Assembly: GCA_017443765.1 (NCBI GenBank)
Contig: JAFSYB010000004.1
Location: forward strand, 2,665 to 66,664
From: Muribaculaceae bacterium
GTDB taxonomy: Bacteria; Bacteroidota; Bacteroidia; Bacteroidales; Muribaculaceae
DNA length: 64,000 nt
Direction of reading: 5' to 3'
The position numbers were made by a program, and so were the translations under genes. The notes below the pieces were generated by a model. The model worked only from the letters and a program-made list of their open reading frames with translations. It ran no database searches and was not told the origin of the DNA. Below are positions 10,786-22,314 of the stretch, piece by piece; positions within the stretch are counted from its first letter, which is position 1, and every line of letters starts with the position of its first letter.

Positions 10786-11340
10786 TTATTTGGCAGCAGC
10801 CGTTTTACCAGACTTGCGGCGAATGACCTCGCCGACAAACTTAATCCCCTTGCCCTTGTAGGGTTCGGGCTTGCGGAACGAGCGGATTTTGGCGCAAATT
10901 TGCCCCAGGAGCTGCTTGTCGCAGGATTCGAGGGTGATGAGCGGGTTCTTGTTGCGCTCGGTCTTGGCCTCAACCTTCACCTCGGGCGGCATCTGCATGA
11001 TAATCATGTGGGAATAGCCCAGGGTGAGCTCAAGGTTCTGCCCCTTGCTCTCGGCCTTGTAACCGACACCAACGATTTCCAGCTCCTTCTTGAAGCCAGT
11101 GCTCACGCCAACGACCATGTTGTTGATCAAAGCGCGGTAGAGGCCGTGCTGCGCGCGCGATTCGCGCTGGTCGTCGGGACGCGACACCGTCACATGGCCA
11201 TCGGCCACCTCGACGGTGATGTTGGGGTTGACTGCTTGTTTGAGTTCGCCCTTGGGACCCTTCACGGTCAGGACGTTGTCTTTCATCTCGATGGTTACGC
11301 CAGCGGGTAACGCGATAGGTAATTTACCAATTCTTGACAT
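10786..11340 (-). CDS. rplF: 50S ribosomal protein L6
   Basis: True start MSRIGKLPI at 11340; PEPYKGKGI. Confidence 0.99.
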   Translation of the reverse strand: MSRIGKLPIALPAGVTIEMKDNVLTVKGPKGELKQAVNPNITVEVADGHVTVSRPDDQRESRAQHGLYRALINNMVVGVSTGFKKELEIVGVGYKAESKGQNLELTLGYSHMIIMQMPPEVKVEAKTERNKNPLITLESCDKQLLGQICAKIRSFRKPEPYKGKGIKFVGEVIRRKSGKTAAAK

Positions 11341-11360
11341 ATTGTGTACCCTCCTTCCTT

Positions 11361-11759
11361 TTAATAAACGTAACACAAAACTTCGCCGCCGATTTTCTCG
11401 GCCACGGCCTGCTTGTTGGTCATCACACCCTTCGAGGTCGACAGGATGGCGATGCCCAGTCCGTTGAGCACACGGGGCATGTCCTTGTAGCCGGTGTACT
11501 GGCGCAATCCCGGACGCGACACACGGGTGAGGCACTTGATGGCATTCACCTTGTCGACGGGATCATACTTGAGGGCGATTTTGATGGCGCCCGAGGGGGT
11601 GTCGTTCTCGACAAACTTGTAGTTGAGAATGTAACCCTGGTCGAAGAGAATCTTGGTGATCTCTTTCTTGATTTTAGAAGAAGGGATTTCAACGACACGG
11701 TGCTGTGCCTTGATCGCATTCCTCAATCTGGTCAGATAATCTGCAATAGGATCTGTCAT
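11361..11759 (-). CDS. rpsH: 30S ribosomal protein S8
   Basis: True start MTDPIADYLTR; SRPGLR, STSKG. Confidence 0.99.
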   Translation of the reverse strand: MTDPIADYLTRLRNAIKAQHRVVEIPSSKIKKEITKILFDQGYILNYKFVENDTPSGAIKIALKYDPVDKVNAIKCLTRVSRPGLRQYTGYKDMPRVLNGLGIAILSTSKGVMTNKQAVAEKIGGEVLCYVY

Positions 11760-11882
11760 TGTTGTTTTGTTTAAATTGATTCGGAGTCGGCGCGACACGG
11801 TGCGCCTCCCGAACAATATTTAATACTTAGAAAAAATCATAATCACGCCTGGCACGAGGCCGGGCACTGTGCTGCAATCTAA

Positions 11883-12152
11883 TCACCAGCTTGCTTTCTT
11901 CACGCCGGGGATAAGTCCGTTGGAAGCCAGTTCGCGGAAGTCGATGCGCGAGATGCCAAACTGCCTCATGTATCCCTTGGGACGTCCCGAGATTTTGCAG
12001 CGGTTGTGCAGGCGCACAGGCGAAGCGTTCTTGGGCAGTGCTTGCAGAGCCTCGTAGTCGCCGGCCTTCTTGAGCTCGGCGCGCTTTGCGGCGTACTTAG
12101 CAACGAGTTTCAACCTCTTGGCCTGGCGGGCCTTCATCGATTCTTTTGCCAT
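11883..12152 (-). CDS. rpsN: 30S ribosomal protein S14 (long, Zn-independent type)
   Basis: MAKESM, RLHNRC, GVKKASW. Confidence 0.99.
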   Translation of the reverse strand: MAKESMKARQAKRLKLVAKYAAKRAELKKAGDYEALQALPKNASPVRLHNRCKISGRPKGYMRQFGISRIDFRELASNGLIPGVKKASW

Positions 12153-12167
12153 AGTAACAATGTGGAA

Positions 12168-12707
12168 TTATTTGTTGTTAAACGGTAGTCCGAACTCCTT
12201 GAGCAGGGCGTATCCCTCCTCGTCGGTGCGTGCGGTGGTGACAAAGGTGATGTTCATACCCGACATCCTCGTCACGGTGTCGATGTTGATCTCGGGGAAG
12301 ATGATCTGCTCCGAGATGCCCACGGTGTAGTTTCCTCGTCCGTCGAGCTTTCCGCTGATGCCCTTGAAGTCGCGGATGCGGGGCAGTGCGATGCGGATAA
12401 AGCGCTCCATGAACTCGTACATGCGGTCGCGGCGCAGGGTCACACGGGCGCCGATAGGCATTTTCTTGCGCACCTTGAAGTTGGAGATATCCTTCTTCGA
12501 GAGCGTCTGCACAGCCTTTTGGCCCGTGATGGCGGTGAGCTCGTTGATCGCGGTCTCAATGATTTTCTTGTCTTGGGTGGCGTCACCCAGTCCCTCGTTG
12601 AGGACAATTTTCGTGAGACGCGGAATCTGCATGGGGCTGGAGTAGTTGAACTGCTTCATCAGCGCCGGTGCAATTACCTCGTCGTATTTTTTCTTGAGCG
12701 TTGTCAT
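12168..12707 (-). CDS. rplE: 50S ribosomal protein L5
   Basis: [19 protein letters not shown]. Confidence 0.99.
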   Translation of the reverse strand: MTTLKKKYDEVIAPALMKQFNYSSPMQIPRLTKIVLNEGLGDATQDKKIIETAINELTAITGQKAVQTLSKKDISNFKVRKKMPIGARVTLRRDRMYEFMERFIRIALPRIRDFKGISGKLDGRGNYTVGISEQIIFPEINIDTVTRMSGMNITFVTTARTDEEGYALLKEFGLPFNNK

Positions 12708-13027
12708 TACTTGATCTCCTCTCCTGATTTTTTAGAATAACGTACTTTCTTGCCATTCTCGTCGCGCTTGTAACCAACGCGAGTGGGCTTCTTGGTTTTG
12801 GGATCAAGCACATTCAGGTTGCTCATGTGAATGGGTGCCTCCATTTCGATGAGTCCTCCCTGAGGGTGCTGTGCGCTGGGCTTGGTGGCCTTCTTGACCA
12901 TGTTGATGCCCTCGACGATGGCGCGTCCCTTCTTCCTGTCGATGCTGAGCACGCGACCAGTCTTGCCCTTGTCCTCGCCAGCAAGCACATAGACGGTGTC
13001 GTCTTTCTTGATGTGTAACTTAGCCAT
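12707..13027 (-). CDS. rplX: 50S ribosomal protein L24
   Basis: [11 protein letters not shown] motif, EAPIHMSN. Confidence 0.99.
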   Translation of the reverse strand: MAKLHIKKDDTVYVLAGEDKGKTGRVLSIDRKKGRAIVEGINMVKKATKPSAQHPQGGLIEMEAPIHMSNLNVLDPKTKKPTRVGYKRDENGKKVRYSKKSGEEIK

Positions 13028-13056
13028 TACGGTAGTGTAAAATTAATGGTTGATGA

Positions 13057-13422
13057 TTAAAGCACCTCGGGTGCGAGCGAGACAATCTTCATGTTGGTGG
13101 CTCGCAGCTCTCTTGCCACGGGGCCGAAGATGCGCGTTCCTCGCAACTCGCCGGCGGGGTTGAGGAGCACGCAAGCGTTGTCGTCGAAACGGATGTATGA
13201 GCCGTCGGCACGGCGAATCTCCTTCTTGGTGCGCACGATGATGGCGCGGGAGACGGTGCCTTTCTTAACGTCCGAGGCGGGAACCGCGTTCTTGACGGTG
13301 ACAACGATGGTGTCGCCCACGGTGGCATAGCGGCGGCCAGTGCCTCCGAGCACGCGGATGCAGAGCACCTCGCGGGCTCCGCTGTTGTCGGCCACGTTCA
13401 GTCTTGATTCAGTCTGTATCAT
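13057..13422 (-). CDS. rplN: 50S ribosomal protein L14
   Basis: [29 protein letters not shown]. Confidence 0.99.
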   Translation of the reverse strand: MIQTESRLNVADNSGAREVLCIRVLGGTGRRYATVGDTIVVTVKNAVPASDVKKGTVSRAIIVRTKKEIRRADGSYIRFDDNACVLLNPAGELRGTRIFGPVARELRATNMKIVSLAPEVL

Positions 13423-13431
13423 AACTTCTTA

Positions 13432-13695
13432 TTACTTCGCTTTTTCGATGATTTCTACTAGTCTCCATCTCTTGGTCTTGCTCAGCGGACGGGTTTCCAT
13501 CAGGCGCACGGTGTCGCCGATGTTGCACTCGTTCTTCTCATCGTGGGCATGGTACTTTTTCGTCTTGTTGACGAACTTGCCGTAGATGGGGTGTTTCTCC
13601 TTCCACTTGACGGTCACAGTGATGGTCTTGTCACCCTTGTTGCTGGAAACAACCCCAATCCTCTCTTTTCTCAAATTTCTCTTTTCCATAGTCAC
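13432..13695 (-). CDS. rpsQ: 30S ribosomal protein S17
   Basis: [17 protein letters not shown]. Confidence 0.99.
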   Translation of the reverse strand: MTMEKRNLRKERIGVVSSNKGDKTITVTVKWKEKHPIYGKFVNKTKKYHAHDEKNECNIGDTVRLMETRPLSKTKRWRLVEIIEKAK

Positions 13696-13898
13696 TTGGA
13701 GTTACTTAATTTCAGTTCACGGGCGCGAATCTCAGTCTTGATGCGTGCAATCATGCGGCGGTCGGCCGTAATCTTGGCGGGGTTGTCGAGCGGTGAGATG
13801 GCGTGCTGCATTCGTTCTTGCTGGTACTCGGCCTGTGCGGCATAGAGGCGGTCAAGCAATTCCTTGTCGGTCAGCTCCTTGATGTTTTCTTTCTTCAT
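13692..13898 (-). CDS. rpmC: 50S ribosomal protein L29
   Basis: Position between rplP and rpsQ; [10 protein letters not shown]. Confidence 0.95.
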   Translation of the reverse strand: MKKENIKELTDKELLDRLYAAQAEYQQERMQHAISPLDNPAKITADRRMIARIKTEIRARELKLSNSK

Positions 13899-13919
13899 AG
13901 TAGTGTGATTTTAGTAAAA

Positions 13920-14351
13920 TTACACATTCTGCGAGGGGTCATAATCACGTCTGACGACAAACTTGGTGGTGACGGGGAGCTTCTGTGCAGCCAGGCGCAG
14001 GGCCTCCTTGGCGATTTCAAAGCTCACGCCGTCAACCTCAAGGAGGATGCGTCCGGGGTGCACGGGAGCGACATACCCGGCGACATCGCCCTTACCTTTA
14101 CCCATACGCACATCGGCGGGCTTGCGGGTGTAGGGCTTGTCGGGGAAGATGCGCAACCACACCTGTCCCTCGCGCTGCATATAGCGCGTGACGGCCACAC
14201 GTGCGGCCTCGATCTGCCGGGCGGTGATCCACTTCGACTCCAGGGTCTTGATGCCGAATGAGCCAAACGCGAGCTGGTTGCCGCGCTTGCTGTACTGGCG
14301 GGGATGGCCGTCCGACGGTCTTCTGTATCTGAGTCTCTTAGGCTGTAACAT
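13920..14351 (-). CDS. rplP: 50S ribosomal protein L16
   Basis: [15 protein letters not shown]. Confidence 0.99.
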   Translation of the reverse strand: MLQPKRLRYRRPSDGHPRQYSKRGNQLAFGSFGIKTLESKWITARQIEAARVAVTRYMQREGQVWLRIFPDKPYTRKPADVRMGKGKGDVAGYVAPVHPGRILLEVDGVSFEIAKEALRLAAQKLPVTTKFVVRRDYDPSQNV

Positions 14352-14377
14352 TGTTCTGTAAAATGTTTCTTAGTTGT

Positions 14378-15118
14378 TCAACGATTGTTGTTCTTCTTGT
14401 TGCGGAAGCCGCCGCGGCGCTCGCCGCGTCCGGGGCGCTCGCCACGGGCGCCACCGGCGTTGCTGCCGGCAAAGTTGGGCGCGAGGTCGCGCTTGCCGTA
14501 CACCTCACCGCGGCAAATCCAGACCTTGACGCCGATGAGTCCCACCTTGGTCAGTGCGGGCACAAGGGCGTAGTCGATGTCGGCGCGCAGGGTATGCAGC
14601 GGGGTGCGGCCCTCCTTGAACATCTCGGAACGTGCCATCTCGGCACCGTTCAGACGTCCGTTCACCTGAATCTTGATGCCCTCGGCTCCGGCGCGGATGG
14701 TGGAGGCGATGGCCATCTTGGCAGCGCGGCGGTATGCCACCTTGCCCTCGATTTGGCGGGCAATGTTGGCTGCCACAATCTGGGCGTCGAGCTCGGGACG
14801 CTTCACCTCGTAGATGTTGATTTGCACATCCTTGCTGGTGAGTTTCTTGAGCTCTTCCTTGAGCTTGTCAACATCCTGGCCGCCCTTGCCGATAATCATG
14901 CCGGGACGGGCAGTGCACACGGTGATGGTGACCAGCTTGAGGGTGCGCTCAATCACGATGCGCGAGACACTGGCCTTGGCCAGACGCACATTGAGATACT
15001 TGCGGATTTTGCTGTCCTCGAGCAGAGTATCTCCATAATTCTTACCGCCGAACCAGCTGGAATCCCAGCCGCGGACGATACCTAAACGATTGCTGATTGG
15101 ATTTACTTTCTGTCCCAT
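14378..15118 (-). CDS. rpsC: 30S ribosomal protein S3
   Basis: [28 protein letters not shown]. Confidence 0.99.
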   Translation of the reverse strand: MGQKVNPISNRLGIVRGWDSSWFGGKNYGDTLLEDSKIRKYLNVRLAKASVSRIVIERTLKLVTITVCTARPGMIIGKGGQDVDKLKEELKKLTSKDVQINIYEVKRPELDAQIVAANIARQIEGKVAYRRAAKMAIASTIRAGAEGIKIQVNGRLNGAEMARSEMFKEGRTPLHTLRADIDYALVPALTKVGLIGVKVWICRGEVYGKRDLAPNFAGSNAGGARGERPGRGERRGGFRNKKNNNR

Positions 15119-15127
15119 ATCTCAAAG

Positions 15128-15532
15128 TTAAGCGTCATTAGTATTAAAAGTGTCCACCACCACGGTCACGTGGTTCGAGCGCTTGCGGATGCGGTAGGCG
15201 CGTCCCTGTGGAGCGGGGCGAAGCCGCTTGAGGGTTGCCCCGGGGTCAACGGTGATGGTCTTGATGTAGAGCTGGCCGCTCTCGGCCTTCTGGCCGTTCT
15301 TCTGCTCCCAGTTGGCGATGGCCGTCTTGAGGAGCTTCTCGACGTCGGCAGCTGCCGCCTTGTTGGAGAAATGGAGCAGGCCCAGGGCTCTGAACACCTC
15401 CACACCGCGCACCATGTCGGCGACATAGCGCATCTTGCGGGGCGAGCTGGGCACGTTGCGCAACTTGGCGAAGCTCACGTCGCGACGTGCCGCCTTCTTC
15501 AAGTTAGCTGATTCTCTTTTTCTTTTTCCCAT
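15128..15532 (-). CDS. rplV: 50S ribosomal protein L22
   Basis: [22 protein letters not shown]. Confidence 0.99.
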   Translation of the reverse strand: MGKRKRESANLKKAARRDVSFAKLRNVPSSPRKMRYVADMVRGVEVFRALGLLHFSNKAAAADVEKLLKTAIANWEQKNGQKAESGQLYIKTITVDPGATLKRLRPAPQGRAYRIRKRSNHVTVVVDTFNTNDA

Positions 15533-15579
15533 TGTATTTTAATTCTTTTTTGTCAGTGAAATTATCTTCGCAGGCTGGC

Positions 15580-15849
15580 TCACTTGTTGTTGCCGCTGTG
15601 GCCCCGGAAAGTGCGGGTGGGAGCGAACTCGCCCAGCTTGTGGCCCACCATGTTCTCGGTGACGTAGACGGGAATGAACTTGTTGCCGTTGTGGACGGCG
15701 AAAGTGTGTCCAACGAAGTCGGGCGAGATCATCGAGGCTCTCGACCAGGTCTTGATCACCTCTTTCTTGCGGGTGCCCTCATTCATGGCAACGACCTTCT
15801 TCTCGAGCTTCACGCTGATGAACGGGCCTTTTTTTAACGAACGACTCAT
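15580..15849 (-). CDS. rpsS: 30S ribosomal protein S19
   Basis: [18 protein letters not shown]. Confidence 0.99.
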   Translation of the reverse strand: MSRSLKKGPFISVKLEKKVVAMNEGTRKKEVIKTWSRASMISPDFVGHTFAVHNGNKFIPVYVTENMVGHKLGEFAPTRTFRGHSGNNK

Positions 15850-15868
15850 AATTCAGTGTTTAATCAAA

Positions 15869-16693
15869 TTACTTCTTTCTTCTCTCGATAATGTATTTCG
15901 AAGACTGCTTCTTGGGCTTGCGCGTCTTCAGACCCTTGGCATAGATGCCATTGCGTGAGCGCGGGTGTCCGCCGCTCTGGCGTCCTTCGCCACCGCCCAT
16001 GGGGTGGTCAACGGGGTTCATCACCACGCCGCGGTTGTGCGGGCGGCGTCCGAGCCAGCGCGAGCGCCCGGCCTTGCCGCTCTGCTCGAGGGCGTGGTCG
16101 CTGTTGCCCACCACACCCACAGTGGCGCGGCAGGTGGCCAGAATCTTGCGCGTTTCTCCCGAAGGTAATTTGACGATGGCGTAGTTTCCCTCACGGGAAA
16201 CGAGCTGGGCAAACGTGCCGGCACTGCGTGCCATGCAGGCGCCCTGCCCGGGCCGCAACTCGATGTTGTGAATTAAAGTACCAACAGGAATCTTGTTCAG
16301 TGGGAGCGCGTTTCCCAGCTCGGGGGCCACGTTCTCACCGCTTTCCACCATCATGCCCACGGTGAGGCCGTTGGGTGCGATGATGTAAGCCTTGAAACCA
16401 TCCACGTAGTAAAGCAGCGCAATGCGTGCCGACCGGTTGGGGTCGTACTCGATAGACTTCACACGTGCAGGTACACCGTCGTGATTTCTCTTGAAGTCGA
16501 TCAAGCGGTATTTGCGCTTGTGGCCGCCGCCACGGTAACGAACGGTGAGGTGCCCCTCGTTGTTGCGGCCGCCGGTGCTGTGCTTACCGACCGTAAGAGA
16601 CTTTTCTGGTACGCGAGCAGTGATTTCCTCAAAAGTACCAATAATCTTGTGTCTTTGCCCCGGTGTTGTGGGCTTCAATTTTCTTACTGCCAT
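15869..16693 (-). CDS. rplB: 50S ribosomal protein L2
   Basis: [21 protein letters not shown]. Confidence 0.99.
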   Translation of the reverse strand: MAVRKLKPTTPGQRHKIIGTFEEITARVPEKSLTVGKHSTGGRNNEGHLTVRYRGGGHKRKYRLIDFKRNHDGVPARVKSIEYDPNRSARIALLYYVDGFKAYIIAPNGLTVGMMVESGENVAPELGNALPLNKIPVGTLIHNIELRPGQGACMARSAGTFAQLVSREGNYAIVKLPSGETRKILATCRATVGVVGNSDHALEQSGKAGRSRWLGRRPHNRGVVMNPVDHPMGGGEGRQSGGHPRSRNGIYAKGLKTRKPKKQSSKYIIERRKK

Positions 16694-16702
16694 TGTAGTT
16701 TA

Positions 16703-16990
16703 TTAAAGATTGCTGTAGAAATCAATAGTGTCACCCTCGGCAATAGTGACGACGGCTTTCTTGAAAGCCGACTGCTTGCCACGCAGGATGCCCGTGCGGG
16801 TGTAGCGCTGCTTGCGCTTGCCGCTGTAGTTCATCGTGTTCACTTCCAAGACCTTCACGCCGTAGGTTTTCTCCACGGCATCCTTGATCTGGAACTTGTT
16901 GGCCTCGGGAGAAACCCTGAACGTGTAGCGGCCGCCTGCCTGGCTGATGGCATTGGCCTTCTCGGTCACGATAGGAATAATGTCAATCAT
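16703..16990 (-). CDS. rplW: 50S ribosomal protein L23
   Basis: PIVTEKA, KKAVVT. Confidence 0.98.
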   Translation of the reverse strand: MIDIIPIVTEKANAISQAGGRYTFRVSPEANKFQIKDAVEKTYGVKVLEVNTMNYSGKRKQRYTRTGILRGKQSAFKKAVVTIAEGDTIDFYSNL

Positions 16991-17014
16991 AATCTTCAGT
17001 TCCTCCTTTTTCTT

Positions 17015-17641
17015 TTACTTTAAGTTGTTAAGCACATCGACACTGCCAGCGGTAACAACAATCATTCTGTTGTCCAAAACAGAGTAGGTGTTGATATCGC
17101 AGGCAGAAATCACCCGAGCGTTGGGCAAATTACGAGCCGACAAAATTACATTCATATTCACACCTGGCAAAACGAGCAGGAACTTTACGCCCTCAATTTT
17201 GAGATTTTTAGTAATATTTACCATCTCTTTGGTCTTGGGGGCGGCGAAATCGAAGTCCTCGACCACCATAATCTGTCCGTTCTGGGCCTTGTAGGTGAGC
17301 GCCGAGCGGCGTGCCAGGGCCTTGGTTTTCTTGTTCAGCTTGAAGCTGTAGTTGCGCGGGCGCGGGCCAAACACGCGGCCACCGCCTCTGAACAACGGCG
17401 AGTTGATGTCGCCATGGCGTGCGCCGCCGCCGCCCTTCTGGCGTCCGAGCTTCTTGGTCGAGCCCGACACTTCGCTTCTCTCCTTGGCTTTGTGCGTGCC
17501 CTGGCGCTGGTTGGCCAGATACTGCTTCACGGCGAGGTACACCACGTGCTCGTTGGGCTCGGGGATGGCGAAAATGGCATCGTTCAGCTCAACGGTCTTG
17601 CCCGTTTCCTCGCCCTTGATGTTATAGACTGGGAGTTTCAT
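17015..17641 (-). CDS. rplD: 50S ribosomal protein L4
   Basis: [19 protein letters not shown]. Confidence 0.99.
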   Translation of the reverse strand: MKLPVYNIKGEETGKTVELNDAIFAIPEPNEHVVYLAVKQYLANQRQGTHKAKERSEVSGSTKKLGRQKGGGGARHGDINSPLFRGGGRVFGPRPRNYSFKLNKKTKALARRSALTYKAQNGQIMVVEDFDFAAPKTKEMVNITKNLKIEGVKFLLVLPGVNMNVILSARNLPNARVISACDINTYSVLDNRMIVVTAGSVDVLNNLK

Positions 17642-18258
17642 TACTTTTCAATTAAAACGATTGAACCTTTCGAGCCGGGAACCGAGCCCTTGACAACGAG
17701 GACGTTGTTCTCCGGCAGAACTTTGATCACTTGAAGATTTTGCACGGTGCAGCGCTCGTTGCCCATCTGTCCGGCCATGCGCATTCCCTTGAACACCTTG
17801 GCGGGATAGGAGCAGGCGCCGATGGAGCCGGGTGCGCGCAGGCGGTCGTCCTGACCGTGCGTGCGCTGTCCCACGCCGCCAAAGCCATGGCGCTTCACAA
17901 CGCCCTGGAAACCCTTACCCTTCGACTTGCCGACAACATCGACAAAGTCGCCCTCGGCAAACAACTCGACGGTGATGGTGTCACCGGCCTGGTGTTGCTG
18001 CTCAAAACTCTTGAACTCGGCCAAGTAGCGCTGTGGCTTCACCCCGGCTTTGCGGAAGTGTCCGGCCATGGGCTGCGTGGTGTGCTTGTCCTTCTTCTCC
18101 TGGAAGCCAAGCTGCAATGCCTCATAGCCATCGGTCTTCGCGGTCTTCACCTGAGTGACAACACAAGGACCTGCTTCGATAACAGTGCACGGCACGTTCT
18201 TGCCGTCGGCACTGAACACGGATGTCATTCCGATTTTCTTTCCAATTAATCCTGGCAT
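17641..18258 (-). CDS. rplC: 50S ribosomal protein L3
   Basis: GKKIGMT, KGKGFQG, KGSVPG. Confidence 0.99.
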   Translation of the reverse strand: MPGLIGKKIGMTSVFSADGKNVPCTVIEAGPCVVTQVKTAKTDGYEALQLGFQEKKDKHTTQPMAGHFRKAGVKPQRYLAEFKSFEQQHQAGDTITVELFAEGDFVDVVGKSKGKGFQGVVKRHGFGGVGQRTHGQDDRLRAPGSIGACSYPAKVFKGMRMAGQMGNERCTVQNLQVIKVLPENNVLVVKGSVPGSKGSIVLIEK

Positions 18259-18312
18259 TTCTCTAAATGTTTTGGTTGGTGAATAAATGATTCGTCACGT
18301 CGCAAGGCTGTA

Positions 18313-18618
18313 CTACACCTTGATCTCGACTTCCACGCCGCTGGGCAGCTCAAGCTTCATGAGTGCCTCGACGGTCTTGGCCGTGGAGCTGTAGATGTCG
18401 ATCAGGCGCTTGAACGCCGAGAGCTGGAACTGCTCGCGCGACTTCTTGTTGACGAATGTGGAACGGTTCACAGTGAAGATGCGCTTGTGCGTGGGCAGGG
18501 GGATAGGGCCGCTCACCACAGCGCCGGTTGACTTCACGGTTCTCACAATCTTCTCGGCCGACTTGTCGACCAAGTTGTGATCGTAAGATTTCAGTTTGAT
18601 TCTAATTTTTTGGCTCAT
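18313..18618 (-). CDS. rpsJ: 30S ribosomal protein S10
   Basis: [18 protein letters not shown]. Confidence 0.99.
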   Translation of the reverse strand: MSQKIRIKLKSYDHNLVDKSAEKIVRTVKSTGAVVSGPIPLPTHKRIFTVNRSTFVNKKSREQFQLSAFKRLIDIYSSTAKTVEALMKLELPSGVEVEIKV

Positions 18619-18637
18619 ATTTGTTTTAATAGAAAAA

Positions 18638-20761
18638 TTATTTCAGTAATTCAACCCGCCCCTGGCACTCGGTGAGCACTTTCTCGGCAATGGCACGGCT
18701 CATCACCGTGTAGTGCGAGAACGACATCGTGCTTGTTGCGCGCCCACTGGTGATGGTGCGCAGGGCGGTCACATAGCCGAACATCTCGGCGAGCGGCGCG
18801 GCGGCCTTGATGATGCGCGCCCCGCTGCGGCTGCTTTCCATGCCCTCCACTTGCCCGCGGCGCTTGTTGAGGTCGCCAATCACGTCGCCCATGTTCTCCT
18901 CGGGGGTGACCACCTCCACCTTCATGATGGGCTCGAGTAGCACCGGCGCGGCCTTGACACAGGCGTTGCGGAAAGCCTGCATCGCGCACAGCTCAAACGA
19001 CAGCTGGTCGCTGTCAACCGGGTGGTACGAGCCGTCGAGCACGGTCACCTTGAGCTGCTCGACCGGGAAGCCGGCGAGCACGCCGCTGCGCATGGCGTTG
19101 CGGAAGCCTTTCTCGATGCTGGGTATGAACTCCTTGGGGATGTCGCCACCCTTGACCTCATCGACAAACTGCAGCGAGCCCTCGAAGTCGGCATCCACGG
19201 GCTCGACACGGCAGATGATGTCGGCAAACTTGCCTCGTCCGCCGGTCTGCTTCTTGAACACCTCGCGCAGCTCCACGGCCTGGCTGATGGCCTCTTTGTA
19301 GGTCACCTGCGGGCGACCCTGGTTGCACTCCACCTTGAACTCGCGGCGCAGCCGGTCGATGATGATGTCGAGGTGCAGCTCTCCCATGCCGCGGATGATG
19401 GTCTGGCCAGTCTCCTCGTTGGTCTCCACTTGGAAAGTGGGGTCCTCCTCGGCGAGTTTCTGCAGGCCCACACCCAGACGGTCCAGGTCGTTCTGCGTCT
19501 TGGGCTCGACGGCGATGCCAATCACGGGCTCGGGGAAATCCATGGCCTCGAGCACGATGGGGTGGCTCTCGCTGCACAGGGTGTCGCCGGTGCGCACATC
19601 CTTGAAGCCCACGCCGGCGCCGATGTCGCCGCAGCCAATCACCTCCATGGGGTTCTGGTGGTTGCTGTGCATTTGGAACAGGCGCGAGATGCGCTCTTTC
19701 TTGCCCGAGCGGCTGTTGTAGACGTAGGAGCCCGAAGCGATGCTGCCCGAATAGACGCGGAAAAACACCAGCCGTCCCACATAGGGGTCGGTGGCGATTT
19801 TGAACACCAGTGCGCACATGGGCTCACTGGCCTCGGGCTTGCGGTGCACGAGCTTGTCGGGGTCGCTGGGAGCATGTCCGGTCACCTCGCTAGCGTCCTC
19901 GGGGCTGGGCAGGTAGGCGCACACTGCGTCGAGCAGGGGTTGCACGCCCTTGTTCTTGAACGAGCTGCCGCACAGCATCGGCACAATCTCCATGGCCAGG
20001 GTGGCCTTGCGCAGTGCGCGCTTGACCTCGGCCTCGGTGATGGTTGCCGGGTCGTCGAAATACTTGGCCATCAGCTCGTCGTCGAACTCGGCGACTTGCT
20101 CAAGCATCTTGTCGCGATACTCCTGTGCCTCGGCAAGGAGCTCGTCGGGGATGTCGTCGGCCTCATATTCGGCTCCCATGGTCTCATCGTGCCAGTAGAG
20201 GGCCTTCATGGCAATCAGGTCGATTACGCCGGCAAAAGTGTCCTCGGCGCCAATAGGCAGCTGTACCGGGCAGGGGTTGGCCCCCAGGATGTCGCGCAAC
20301 TGGTGCCCCACCTCCAGGAAGTTGGCCCCGGCGCGGTCCATCTTGTTGACGTAGGCAATGCGGGGCACGTTGTACTTGTCGGCCTGCCGCCACACTGTCT
20401 CGCTCTGGGGTTCCACGCCGCCCACGGCGCAGAACGTGGCTATTGCCCCGTCGAGCACACGCAGCGAGCGCTCCACCTCGACGGTGAAGTCCACATGCCC
20501 GGGAGTGTCAATCAAATTGACCTTGTATTTCTCGCCATCATAGGTCCAGAAAGCGGTGGTAGCGGCCGAGGTGATGGTGATACCCCGTTCCTGCTCCTGC
20601 TCCATCCAGTCCATGGTGGCCGCACCGTCGTGCACCTCGCCGATTTTGTGTGTCAGCCCGGTGTAGTAGAGGATGCGCTCCGAGGTGGTGGTCTTCCCGG
20701 CATCGATGTGAGCCATGATGCCCAGGTTGCGCGTGTATTTCAGTTGATGGTCAGCTGCCAT
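18638..20761 (-). CDS. fusA: Elongation factor G
   Basis: [33 protein letters not shown]. Confidence 0.99.
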   Translation of the reverse strand: MAADHQLKYTRNLGIMAHIDAGKTTTSERILYYTGLTHKIGEVHDGAATMDWMEQEQERGITITSAATTAFWTYDGEKYKVNLIDTPGHVDFTVEVERSLRVLDGAIATFCAVGGVEPQSETVWRQADKYNVPRIAYVNKMDRAGANFLEVGHQLRDILGANPCPVQLPIGAEDTFAGVIDLIAMKALYWHDETMGAEYEADDIPDELLAEAQEYRDKMLEQVAEFDDELMAKYFDDPATITEAEVKRALRKATLAMEIVPMLCGSSFKNKGVQPLLDAVCAYLPSPEDASEVTGHAPSDPDKLVHRKPEASEPMCALVFKIATDPYVGRLVFFRVYSGSIASGSYVYNSRSGKKERISRLFQMHSNHQNPMEVIGCGDIGAGVGFKDVRTGDTLCSESHPIVLEAMDFPEPVIGIAVEPKTQNDLDRLGVGLQKLAEEDPTFQVETNEETGQTIIRGMGELHLDIIIDRLRREFKVECNQGRPQVTYKEAISQAVELREVFKKQTGGRGKFADIICRVEPVDADFEGSLQFVDEVKGGDIPKEFIPSIEKGFRNAMRSGVLAGFPVEQLKVTVLDGSYHPVDSDQLSFELCAMQAFRNACVKAAPVLLEPIMKVEVVTPEENMGDVIGDLNKRRGQVEGMESSRSGARIIKAAAPLAEMFGYVTALRTITSGRATSTMSFSHYTVMSRAIAEKVLTECQGRVELLK

Positions 20762-20792
20762 TACACCTTATTAATATATCGTCGTATTGCGT

Positions 20793-21269
20793 TTAGAAAC
20801 GGAAGTGAGCGAAAGCGCGGTTAGCCTCGGCCATGCGGTGCATGTCCTCCTTGCGCTTGAACGCGCCGCCCTGCTCGTTGTAGGCATCCATGATTTCGGC
20901 AGCGAGCTTGTCGGCCATGGTCTTACCGCCACGCTTGCGTGCAAAGACGATCATGTTCTTCATCGAGATTGCCTCCTTGCGGTCGGGGCGAATCTCGGTG
21001 GGCACCTGGAAGGTGGCGCCACCCACGCGGCGGCTCTTCACCTCCACCTGCGGGGTGATTTTCTCCAGTGCCTCTTTCCAAATCTCGAGCGGGGTCTTCT
21101 CCTCGCTGCCCATCTTCTTGCCCACCAGCTCGAGGGCATTGTAGAAGATGCGGTAAGAGGTGTTCTTCTTGCCATCATACATCAGGTGGTTCACGAACTT
21201 GGTCACGCGAACTTCACCGAACTTGGGATCGGGAAGAATGATCCGTTTTTTGGGCTTAGCCTTTCTCAT
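20793..21269 (-). CDS. rpsG: 30S ribosomal protein S7
   Basis: [24 protein letters not shown]. Confidence 0.99.
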   Translation of the reverse strand: MRKAKPKKRIILPDPKFGEVRVTKFVNHLMYDGKKNTSYRIFYNALELVGKKMGSEEKTPLEIWKEALEKITPQVEVKSRRVGGATFQVPTEIRPDRKEAISMKNMIVFARKRGGKTMADKLAAEIMDAYNEQGGAFKRKEDMHRMAEANRAFAHFRF

Positions 21270-21437
21270 TGTAGTAAATCAAAAAATGTAGTTTTTGTCC
21301 GCTTGGTTGTTTTCAGCTTTGTTCTTCAACGGCCGCCTGTGGGGCCATTTACTCAACCGGTCTGAGTCCAATAAAATCAAAAACTAAGTTTAGAGTTGTT
21401 GTTTAGTTTAGTAATAAAGGTCGGTAGCGTGTCGCCG

Positions 21438-21821
<384 letters not shown>

Positions 21822-21951
21822 CTTAGTTTTGTTTTTACTTTAGTTTTTAATTGTTGATAATCGTTGCCTTTAGGGGCTCGACACACACTCATCACTCGCT
21901 CAATCAGTCGATTAGCGCGTGATTTCATGAGTTCGGCCACAAAAAGCGGTG

Positions 21952-21959
21952 CAAAGTTA
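21952..21959 (-). promoter_or_regulatory. -7 promoter box of str operon
   Basis: TAACTTTG on minus strand about 130 nt upstream of rpsL. Confidence 0.7.
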
Positions 21960-22314
21960 CGAACTAATTTCCTAACAGCCAAATATTTTTGACGCTTAAT
22001 CACCCCGTCGAGCCGCAGCAACACGCCTCGCAAACACCGCTGCACATCTTAAACAAGTCAAAGTCACAAGATTAGAAATTTGAAGATTTTAGAAATCACT
22101 CACATTTTTTAATCACATTTAACTCTCGGAATTTACACTCGTTGGCGCTCGCCCTTGGCTGCCCGAGGAATCATAGCCGATGGCGTGCTTTGCACGGCAT
22201 TGAGGTAGCGATGCGGCACGCGGCACGCGGCCTCGGAGATTTTTATGGGAACGCTTAGGGTGTAAACCAAATCTATTTCGTAATTTTGCAGATTCAATCA
22301 ACACATACTGCGAT

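Noticed and set aside
6678-12152. Zn-ligand-poor L36 and long S14
   Set aside because: These are the normal forms in Bacteroidetes r-protein operons.
18618-18638. No tuf between fusA and rpsJ
   Set aside because: Usual Bacteroidetes arrangement; tuf lies elsewhere.
19022-20824. Long antisense ORFs (e.g. opposite fusA, secY, dgt, GH92, GH3)
   Set aside because: Shadow frames of GC-rich genes with strong codon bias; no protein-like motifs.
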